A stretch of DNA of 64,000 nt, from positions 40,114,001 through 40,178,000 of the forward strand of contig NC_043003.1 in NCBI RefSeq assembly GCF_006345805.1, written 5' to 3'. Below the pieces are notes generated by a model. That model did not search any database and had not been told where the DNA came from. It worked only from the letters and a program-made list of their open reading frames with translations. Positions 38,725 to 50,679 of this stretch are shown here, piece after piece. The number at the start of each line of letters is the position of its first letter. Position 1 is the first letter of the stretch. Source of the stretch: Octopus sinensis (Eukaryota). The position numbers and the translations under genes were made by a program.

Positions 38725-41700
38725 CAAAGTAATTTTTCATTGTTATGCCTTTCATAAAGTCCATTAGGCCAGTCTCCCCATGCCTTGTCTAGTTGTTTGA
38801 TCAAGTGGATGACTTCACTCACTGAGTTAGAGTGGAATGCAGCTGAATAATTCAAGTGCAAACAAAGTAATTCTCAAGTAGGATCATGATACAAATGTGA
38901 CATAAACCACGTCGTCGCATTTGTTTGTTTTTACATCCATTTTCTCATGCTAGCAAGCGTTAAACAATTATATACAGTTACAGTATTTTTACTGTTGGAT
39001 GCCCTCCCTACTGCTAACCCATGGCCGTTTTTCTCTTAAACACATTCACACACATCTATACGATGGGCTTTCCATCTACAAAATTCATAAAGCACTGGTC
39101 ACCAGAAGGCACTTTGCCGTAGTACTGCAACATGGGATTGAACCTATAACCACATGGTTGCCAAGCAAACTTTTTTTTTTCCACACAGCCATCCACATGT
39201 CTACAATTTTAATCACTTCTGTTGGCTAGTAACATTGATAAAATTGTCCAGAAGTACCATATTTTAATGTGTATGAGAGACCCCCTTAATTTTTGGGCTT
39301 AAAATTTGGAAAAAGAGTTTTGTAAGGGATTATAATACAATCTATGTATAAGAAACTCCTATATTTTTTTTAACCTAATTTTTGACAAAAACGGGTTCCT
39401 TATACACATTAAAATATGGTAATAATTATGATTCACACGAGAACATAGAATTAGGAAGAGAAGGGAGAGAGGTAGAGAGACAAGGAGAAGGGGTAGATAA
39501 CAGTGATATATGTCAATGATTTAATAAGAAAAGAGTCAATTATGAGGTACCTTTGATTTCAATTTTATCAACAGGGATCTGTTTCTCACGAATCCTGAAC
39601 ACTTCAAAGTTATAAGAGATTCCCTGGAAAGTAAAGAGATGAATACAAATATATTAGTACTATTGCCTGGTTGATGTCACATTTAAAGAACCAACATTAA
39701 GAACACAACAATATCACGCTATATAGCCACAGTAGAAATATAAACATTATTATCATCGTTTAATGTCCGCTTTCCATGCTGGCATGGGTGGGATGGTTTG
39801 ACAGGAGTCAGCTAGGCAGAAGCCTGCACCAGACTTCTGCAATTGTTTTGGTAGGATTTTTACAGCTGGATGCCCTTCCTAACACCAACCACTCTGGTGT
39901 GGACTGGATGCTTTTGAAGTGGCACCTGCACTGACAGGGTCACCAAGTAACCTGCAAGACAAAAATCTTTTGAGAGGGGAGGTGATCTTGTGTCAAATGA
40001 TGACAGGTAATAGTGAAACAGAGAGGCAGAAACAGGTGTCTTGCTGTAGAAGAGGTACAAGGTTACCTGACCTGAGAGACGGAGAGGGAGAAGGAGAGAG
40101 AGAGATCAGGAATGAAGAAACGAACATGTGCACTGCAGCAAAGGAAATACAAAGTTACACATAGCAATGATAGAGGGACAGGACTGAGGAGTGAGAGGTA
40201 GGTATAGTGACTGGAGGAGGAAAAGAAGAGACGCAGAAGATTGGTTTGTTGGGGCAGGGTGTGTGAGAAGTAATAATAGTAAAAATATAAAGTATCTTTA
40301 TTGGCACTTACTCTGTATTTGTACTGGTCTTTTTCTTCCACTTTCTTAGCTTTAGTATAACGGTCAACCTTGACACATAAATAATCTCCCAATTTCTGCC
40401 AATGCATCTTACAATCCGCTACATTGAATAAGTTTTTCTTGCATAGTTCTGTTCGATTTGGTATACTAATTAACACCACCCGAGCTGGAACATTCTGCTG
40501 TTCTGGCATCCAGTAGGCAATGATGTTGTCTGTTGGAGACCAGGTGAAATCCCTAAATGGAGTAAAGACAAAAAGATTAGTAAAGAAATGAGAAAACAAA
40601 ACAAAAAAAAAAGTTGCCTATTTTAATAATAATTCCGATTGTGGCCGTTGCCAGCCTCGTCTGGCCTCCGTGCCAGTGGCACGTAAAAAGCACCATCCGA
40701 GCATGGCCGTTCGCTAGCCTCGTCTGGCACCTGTGTCGGTGGCACGTAAAAAGCACCCACTACACTCACGGAGTGGTTGGCGTTCGGAAGGGCATCCAGC
40801 TGTAGAAACACTGCCAGATCTGACTGGCCTGGTGCAGCCTTCGGGCTTCCCAGACCCCAGTTGAACCGTCCAACCCATGCTAGCATGGAAAGCAGACGTT
40901 AAACGATGATGATGATGAATGATTTCTAAGCCAAACACAATACTACATATTTTAGATAAGGTACAGCTGATAAATATTAACTCCAATATTTGGGTGGTAC
41001 TTATAAATTATGAATGCAGCAAAATAAAGAGCAAAGGACGATTATCACAGGATTTCAATTCAGAACCCAATTAAATACCGCAAAGCATTTTGCCTGATGG
41101 GTTACCAGTTGCCAACTAACCACAGTCCTTACTTTTAACTTGGGCACAAGGCTACAGTTGACAGGAGATATAACTGAATATACGAAATTCACTGCCAGAT
41201 TATTACTTATTCAATTTATACTAGAAGGATGAAAAGCAAAATTGAATCTGGCCAGATTTCATTCAACTCAGAACATAAAGATAATTACTCCAAGTCATTT
41301 CGTTAAAATCCCAACCCAAATCTGTTGCAGAATTAGTTATCATAATCATCATCATTTAACGTCCGCTTTCCATGCTAGCATGGGTTGGACGGTTCAACTG
41401 GGGTCTGGGGAGTCCGAAAGCTGCACCAGTCCAGTCAGATCTGGCAGTGTTTCTACAGCTGGATGCCCTTCCTAACGCCAACCACTCCGAGAGTGTAGTG
41501 GGTGATTTTATGTGCCACCGACACAGGTGCCAGACGAGGCTGGCAGACGGCCACGCTCGGATGGTGTTTTTATGTGCCACCGACATAGGTGCCAGATGAG
41601 GCTGGCAAACGGCCACGATCGGATGGTGTTTGTTACGTGTACATAAACAGATGTGAAAAATAGAAAGCAAAGCAGTGGAGTGTAAACCTAAAATACAAAG

Positions 41701-42046
41701 GGACATGAAATACCTCCACCCTAATGGTGTTTAACTTAGACACAAAACCAGTATCTGAGGGATAAATAATAAAGCAAAGCTTTGTAGGATTTGAATGGTG
41801 ACAATTCTTTTACGAAAAGAGGGATAACAAATTATCTTAAAGACAGCAGGGTATTGCAGGAGAGACTTCAATCAAAGATATATAAACATATACACAGGAG
41901 TGGCTGTGTAGTAAGAAGCTTGCTTCCCAACCACATAGTTCCGGGTTCAGTCCCACTGTGTGGCACCTTGAGCAAGCGTCTTCTACTATAGCCTTGGGCC
42001 ACCCAAAGCCTTGTGAGTGGATTTGGAAACTGAAAGAAGCCTGTTG

Positions 42047-42083
<37 letters not shown>

Positions 42084-45000
42084 TTGTTCCCCCGCCATCG
42101 CTTGGTAACCGATGTCGGTGTGTTTGTGTCCCAGTCACTTAGCAGTTTGGCAAAAGAGACCGATAGAATAAGTACTAGGCTTACAAAGAATAAGTCCCCT
42201 GGTCAATTTGTTCGACTAAAGGTGGTGCTCTAGCATGGTCACAGTCAAATGACTGAAACAAGTAAAAGAATACACATACATACATGTATGTGTGATGCAA
42301 TATTTGAAACGCACACCCATAGTTACACTGTAGGCAACAACAATGACGGTTAATGATAATATATAACCAAAAAGAACAATAGCTTACTTGATGCCAGGTA
42401 GTTTCAAACTTTTCTTTTCAAGTAAACCAAAAGACTGAAAGAAATAAACAATATAGCAATAATCAATGTGCATGGCAAAATTTAGAGAATTAATTATTTA
42501 TAAGAAATCAATGATATATAATTATTCAGACTGTTATAAAGTAACAACAGAAGTAGCTGTCATCATCATTGTCTTTTAACATCCATACCTCATTTTGTGT
42601 ACAGTGATTCTAATACCGGTAGCAACAAGAGTATTTAACCAGATTGTTTCCAGCGCTTTTGGAGTTGGTTATTATGTAGTAATGTAATGAGGATAAATTA
42701 AATTGGAGTGTTGCTTTGGTTTGAAGTTAAAGATTATGGTTAAACAGAAGAATGTAGAATGGCAGAAGCCTGAAGGCAGAAAGACCATGGGATTAAGAAA
42801 ATAACAACTAAGCCAATCCCATTAGTCTACCCAATCTAGGGGGTCTGCGAGGGGCCTGGAAACTGATAGTATTTCTGCCAAATTTGGTGAAAATCCGCTC
42901 AGCCGTTTTCCAGCAAATTTGCAAAAACAAAGACGAACGACAACTACAATACCCTACTTCTTTTGTGTGCAGGGTAATAACAGTGGAATGTCTACGAAGA
43001 CTGTTAATCTTATGCATGAAAGTATGGGAGGCAACTTCACAATACACTGCACTGCTCTTGCCATGGTTGAGACAGGAGAATCAAATATAAATGCATAGTG
43101 ATAGTGATAAATACAATGGTTCACGGAAATACTCATAAATGCTGGTCGCATGAAGAACAATGCTCAGTGTTAAAATATTTGACTCAATGCCATGAGAAAC
43201 AACTGAGCTGTACCCTAATTTTATAGCCTTTGGAAATTCAATCAATATTTGATGAAAAGTTAAATACTTACAGGTGTTTCATACACACTGAGTGCATCAG
43301 TTCCAAGCCTGGCAAAATATTCACCTGTCTTATTCCACCTGAAAGGAAAAATAAGGAGATTGAAGTTCAGTTCACAACAATTAAAGAGGTGAGAGAAATA
43401 GACGAGTTGAAAGTAATAATCATTACACTAATTTATGTACATCTAAACCCTTCATTAATACTTCTACTTAGGACAATTAACAGAAAAGGTTTAAGGGATT
43501 TCCAAGAAACAACCTGAAAACTGAGCTATTAACTGATATATATCTAATCCGATGTGACTGTTTCTCCCAAATATGTGTGGTTAGGGAGCTTGCTTCCTAG
43601 CTACGTGGCACTTTGGGTTCAGTCACACTGCGTGGCACTTTGGGCAGGTGTCTTCTACTATAGCCCCGAGCCGACTGAAGCTCTGTGATTGAATTCAGTA
43701 GGCGGAAATTACTGCCGTGTGTATATGTGTGCGTGTGGGTGATCAGTGCCTCTCCGAAAGAGAGAGAGAGAGAGGGAATGAATTCTACCAACAACTTCCA
43801 GTTAGGTTTCTGATGAGGATAGATGCAGCTCATAAGAGTAAATCCTCTCAAAACTCCTGGCAGGCAGTGTTTAACTATTTAGCATTCAGATTACTCTCTG
43901 AAAGCAATGCTCATTTATTCATACTGCTTTGAATTAATCATGCAATATCTTGTAACTTTGAGATTTTGATGTGACTTTATTGTTAGAATGATATTGTAGA
44001 GTAGATGTCAGAGACTAGATCAGGCCAGTTTGAACCTAGAACACATAAAACATTTTGGCTGGATAAGATTGGTTTAAAAGCTAAAGGACTAACCACTGAT
44101 CTACCATGTTAACTGATTATAAATTGTACTTTTACCCTCCAAAACGTCTCAGGAATTCAAAAAGTGTCTTATAAAGGTTTAGGTTAATAAAGCAAGTAGT
44201 GATTCAAGAAAAGACGTGCCAAAATTGAGATGCATCTAAGTTGATGAACATGGCAATAACCTACTGTCTTAGGAGTGAGAAGGGACTGTGCAGTTTGTGA
44301 GTGCAATGCATCGCACAGAACAATAAAGTAGGTAAAAATCAAACAATTCTTTGAACAGCAGCTACATTCATTGGCACACACCAGTTCTGTAGGAGGTATT
44401 AATCACAGAGACAGACTCTTGTTAACCATATTTCTTCTGAAATACATTGCCTTTGTTTTGATTGATTTGGAGAATTATGTAGAAATTAGTAACTTGCAAG
44501 TTACTTGGTAACCCTGTCAGTGCTGGTGCCATGTAAAAAAACATCCAGTCCACACTATAAAGTGGTTGGCATTTGGAAAGACATCCAGCTGTAAAAACCC
44601 ATACCAAAACTGACCGCTTGTGTTGGTGTCACATAAAAAGCATTGTCCACTCTGTGGGGTGGTTGGTGTTAGGAAAGGCATCCAACCGTAAAACCATGCC
44701 AAAACAGATACAAAAGTCTGGTGCAGTCTTCTGCCTGTTCAGTTCCTGTCAAACCATCCTACCTATGCCTGCATGGAAAGCAGATGTTAAACGATGATGA
44801 TGAGGAACAGTTATTAACTTGGTATTTGGAACATAAATTTTTATGAAAGGTTTTGATTTAGATTACTTTGACGCAAGGTTTTATCACAGAACATTGCGTG
44901 GTTTCAGGTAGGTTGGAACGAAACAGGTTAACCCTTTCGTTACCAAACCGCCCGAAAAAAGTTTTGGTTCATGTGACCAAGCCGCCCAAACCCGCCTGTA

Positions 45001-48000
45001 ATTACTTCATATTTAAATGAGAATATCAGAGCAAATCTCGTTAGTACATTCGTGAAAACATGTGATTATACTTCGTAAACAGTTCATCCACAGTTTTGTA
45101 CAACGATCGATGTGTAATTTTAATTCCCTGAATTTTGGGAGATTTTTTTCCACATTTTTTTCGGCATCGATTTTTCTTCAACTTTGAAAATGGATAGGAG
45201 TTTCATGTTATCAAGCATTGATTCCGAATTTAAAGCTTTTTCAACGGAAAATAGGGAGATATCAAGAAAAAGAATGAATGAGGTCTTAAAGCATGTGGTG
45301 TACAAAATAATAGGATATTTTTTTATCCATTAATCAAAAGCAGCGATTCCGAAGAAGCAAATTGGCGATGGCAACAGCAAAGACGATTTTACATCGGAAT
45401 GAAGTAAAAAAACTTTAAAAATGTTTTTATTAGCAATTTTTCTGAGGAGAGTTTATCTATAGTCTTTCTTAGGAAGCGAAACCATTAGACTTTTATTTTT
45501 TACAGTATGCTTGTTTGGAGCGATCACAGTGGAAGCAGACTGTTACGCAGAATGTAAACAAACACAAAATCGGGGATCAAAGTTTGGAAAATTTGTGAAG
45601 CAAATACTGGGTACTGTGTGGATTTAGTTTTTATACAGGGAAACTAATGTTAGTGAGCATGGCTTAGGGTACGATGTGGTCTGGAAGTTATTGTTTGAAG
45701 CGATCAATGTGGAAACAAATTTACGCAGATTGTAAACAAACACAAAATGGGGGATCAAATTTCGGAAAATTTGTGAAGTAAATACTGGGTACTGTGTGGA
45801 TTTGGTTTTTATACAGGGAAAATAATGTTAGTCAACATGGCCTAGAGAACAATGTGGTCTGGAATTTATCACTTCCATACCATAACCAGGGCCGTATATT
45901 ATTTTTTGACCGATTTCTTAAGTTCGGTCAAACTTGCGGTGGATTCCAGTATTTCACTTTATTCCACCTTTATGGTACACCTGTTGTGCATTAAATTCAA
46001 CTGATGATCTAGTGATGTGCTCAATTCTTTTTTATCAAAATTTTGTTGGATACCCATTTGAATATTAGCTGATGATTCATTTTCTATGGTGATGTTTAAA
46101 CAAAATTTTAATATTTTTATCTTTTGCTCAATTTACCTGGATTTACCTGTAATCAAAGTCACTTTGAGACAAAAGTTATGCAATAGAACTGATTAAGAAC
46201 CCTTTCTTCAATTATGTTCCAAATATCACAATATGTTGATAAGTAAAAAAGTTACAGTTATTTAATGAAACAAGCCTAAATTCATGATTATTTTAGAATT
46301 TAATTGAAACTCATGAGGGGTGTATTTTGGTCAGAAATATAGAAACGAAAGGGTTAACAAATGAGAATAATGGCAATTATGTAGATGAGAGAGAGAGAGA
46401 TGGTTATTTAAATGCTTGCTTATTCAATGTTGTACAGTATACCATCACTTGTCAGAAGCCTTTATTTGTTGCCTACAAGGTCCAAATACACTAACACAAC
46501 CTACTACTTCTTCCAGAGTCTCTTTATGATTCAACTACCACCCATTCTCAGCACACACACTTATACTACTGACCATCATTAATGACCAGCTGTTACCACA
46601 AGATACTTTTACTTTTCTCACAGAAGAGATGAACTTACTTAAATACAGGCCAAGTTGATTGGTTTTCACAGTGGAAGCTTCTCTTCTTATGACCAGCACG
46701 GATATCCCAAATAATAATAGCTTGAGGGTCATCTTTAGTCTCCTGTAGAGGACTGAATGACACGAGATACCTAAAAATAAAACAAAGAAGATTCATGAAA
46801 ACAATCCTAATTCAAAAGCAATACAGGTGTATAATTATTGATTACTATAAATCAAAAACACTATATTTCTAAAAAGTGTTAAGGTCATACCTTTTCACAT
46901 CAGGAGGTGAATCTTTTTATCAGAAACTGGTTTCATGTTGTATCTCACTTGCTATGATATATACACAAATATATATATATATATATACACGCACACACAA
47001 ACGTCATCTTAGTTCTTTGCCAGCATGGACGAGATGAATATATTATTGTTGAACTGTTGTTTTACAAGTATAAGCCCCTTCTGTCACTAATCCTTACTGG
47101 TTTTTCAGATAAGGGACTTCCAGTCAAAATGTCTGCAAAGGAACACTGCTGGTAGATATCACTTTCCCATGGTGCTACTGAAACCAAGTTGCTGGGATGT
47201 GAACTTCTCAACCACTGTTATGCCAGTGTGTGTGTGTGCATATACACAGGCATTTTGTCCCCTTTACCATGAAAGTATGGATCGGGTAAGTCTTAGTTTC
47301 ATCACTTGCTGCGGGTAGTTATTTTTGGTACAACTCTTTCAGCTGGATACCCTTCTCAATACAAATAACTTTGCAGTGTTATTTCAATGCATTTCATGCC
47401 AGTGACACCAGAGAAGCTCTACGCTCAGTTTTTCTTTGGAGTTACAGACTTCTTAGATGGAAGACCTCTGCTATGGCTAACAAAATTCTTGACTTTTCCA
47501 TGTAGTTAGTGTAAAATCCTATTTGTAAAATGCTGTGTCTGTTCAGATTGCCCAACTTCCTTGAAAACTCATCTTTGTTATGGCTGTGATTATTGAGGAC
47601 AGCCCTTATACTCTGAAGCAGACAGGCATAAAGTTCTCCCTGATATGAACCTTACAGTGGTAATCTTAGAAGGAAGACTATTACTATGTCTGTCTTCATG
47701 ATACTGAGCAGATGTGGAGGGGCCATTTAGCTGAGATTTAGGGTCTCTTAATGTCATTGAGTAGAATGGGGATATAAGTAATAAGCTATCATTTAACATC
47801 CACCTCAAGACAATACCTTGCTACATGCTGTAGTGCTTCCTCATCTAGTACACCAACAATAGAGACAACATATCTATCAAACTTTGTTTTTATATGTCAT
47901 TTTGTATTAATGCTGGATATCACTGATCACTTTATAGTATGGACTGGGAAAATTTATCTATTCTATGAGCACTAGATAGGTTATCAGCAGCAGACTTACC

Positions 48001-50625
48001 GTTCACAGGGAGAAAAGTCTATAAGCTGGACATCTGGGTGACTGAACTTCATTATTTGCTCAAATTTCTCTCCACCCCAAAGAGCAATACCCTTGGAATG
48101 AAAAGTAGCAAGGTAAGTTCCCTGTGGGGACCAACGTACGTAAGTTTCTGTCCACCGCTGTAAGTATACAAAAACAATAGAAAGGAATCACTCGAAACTG
48201 TGGCTGGTGCAGTTAGAATCAACATATGTATTAAAATTGAATATGTAAGTAAATAATCAAGGGTCAGGAATGTTATGTGAGTTTTTGACAAATTGGTTCT
48301 TTCTCAGTACAAAGGTCAGAATGAAGGAAAGATGAATGAAGTAATGAAGTGCCACATTTGAAAAAGACATGAACATTGAATGGCAAATGTCTTTGGAATC
48401 TTGAGAGAATGGAGATGAAAATTCATTGAATGTATCACATGTAGGAAAGGTGGATCACAAGTGAGTTGTCAAAATGGCTGGGTATTAAAATAAATGAGAG
48501 ATATGTGCAAGATGATATTTGGAATGATCATGGAGAGTATTTATAGAGGAAAAAACAAAAGAAGGAAGGGAATGAGATCAGGCCTCAAGATAGTGGGACT
48601 TACAGAAAAGATGTAATAGAATAAAGAGGAATGGCAATATGCTGCTCTGCAAACTTGTCCAAGCCATGCCAATGTGGGATCAGCAGAACAGTCTTTCTAA
48701 TGGAAACTTTGAGATGGAGAATAGGGTAAAGCATAATACAAGCTATTTTTTTTTTTTTGAGAGAGAGAGAGAGAGAGAGAGGGGGAGAGAGAGAGACTTA
48801 CACTTCGTTCTTCAGCTAGATTCGGTTGTCCTCCGGAACCATTGAAGAAAATGGCAGTTTTGTCTCCAGCATCATAGATTACACTATATTGATCAAAGCT
48901 TTCATTGTTCAGCAACCAGGAACGGAGATTACCCTGCAATGACAGGAGAAAACTTATTAACCCACATTTAGACAGCACTCTACATTCCCAGTGGAAAGCG
49001 GACATTAAACAATGATGATGATGATATTTCAACACAGAAATCAATGATAAAATACATGCATGTAAAGTTGCAAAATCAATCTAATTTCTGCTCAGATCCT
49101 CCAGAGTTGAAAGTCATGTTGTATTTCGTATAACTGAAAATCCAAGACTTTCTTTTACAGAAATAAGACCGAAGACCTTGTAATTTGAACAGGATCACCC
49201 AACAGTCAAAGCAGGTAAGAGTTGATTGTCAAATTGTGTAAATTGGAATAATACATCACAAGCCAAGATGCAGATTTATATGAAACACTGATTACTGACA
49301 TCATCATCATTTAATAATCCGTTTTTAATGATGACATGGGTTGGATGGGCTGACAGATGCTGGCAAGGCCAGGAGCCACACCAGGTTCCATAGCTTGTTT
49401 TCCAGTTGGATGTCCTTCCTAATGCCAACCACTTCACAGAGTCTACTAGGTGCTTTTTATGTGGCACATTATAAAGAACAGATCTTCTTGAATACAACAA
49501 TGCACCATATATCTCGGTTCTTTGCCATGTCAATATGGGTTGAATGGCAACTGCTACTAGTATGCGTCATCTGGTTTGTTACTTACAATGTGTTTTAAAT
49601 GGCCACAATGACAACCACAATGCAACTGACTAACAGCTGTTTGTGATTCTTCAGATACTACATATTTGCAGTGTAAATCTTGCAGCTGCACAAGACTATT
49701 TTTAATTGTAAACCTTGCAACAATAGCTAACTGCTTCAATAAGAGGAACAGTCGAAACAAGACAAATCTTCCTCAAATCACACCCTACCATCTTAACACA
49801 TTAGATAACATGTGTCTGAATAAAAAACTGGATGGTAATGGTTGGAGCAGTTTTGGTCAGAAGTGACCTAGAGCTAAACAACTCACTAGCACATCAAATA
49901 ACCATTCAAAATGCTGGTGAGCCAATGAAGAGGATTCTCCATGGCTACTCAAACTGTTAGAATCAGCAAAACACTAGTTTTTAAAATGCAAAAACACTGT
50001 AATGTAGTCCTTGATATATATATCTAAAGACAAGTTGGTCATGGCTGGAATACTTCTGCTTTATCAAAGCTGACCAGAAACTGAACAACAGCAACAATTT
50101 TGTATTTAAGAATCGAGAGTTAAATTGGAAGGAATAAAAATGTGAATAATAAAATGATAAATATAATTATAGAAACATGAATAGAACACACAATACATAT
50201 ATGTAACAGTTATATATATAATTGGTCTTACCATGTCTTTATATGGTTTAGGCTGAGGCGGTTCCCAGTCCTTGGGCATATTTTCATATCTAGAAAAAGA
50301 AAACACAAAACAAACTATTAACTGTTTAGAGAAATAATTACAGAAGTGGCTTACCCTCACTCCTACATAGTCTCCCTAGAAACACAGATGTGGCTATAAC
50401 CATCACAGAATCTATGCAAAGGCTTTTACTAAAGCACAACAGAGCTTAAGGTAACTTTTACAGCCTCAGTGTGTGTGCGTTGGACTGTACCAGCCGAGAG
50501 TGTAAGCAATCACTTGGTACCATCATCATTACAACCCTTCACTGTTCAAACTGGCCAAAAATAATTCCCCTTTATTTGTCTGAACCAGCCAAATTTAGCC
50601 ATATCTGATTATTCTACGAAATCAC

Positions 50626-50679
<54 letters not shown>

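Noticed and set aside
40312-40360. Charged segment [14 protein letters not shown], longer than in vertebrate eIF3b
   Set aside because: A longer Lys-rich loop at this position is, as I recall, ordinary in invertebrate eIF3b; not evidence of novelty.
41895-41970. tRNA-like A and B boxes
   Set aside because: SINE head; no complete cloverleaf, so not called a tRNA gene.
42995-43215. Possible intronic H/ACA snoRNA (hairpins, AGAGCA, ACA)
   Set aside because: The H-like box overlaps a stem, and pocket and ACA spacing are not canonical.
43808-43870. ctgatgaggat...atcctc hammerhead-like start
   Set aside because: No GAAA directly after stem II and no stem III or NUH cleavage site.
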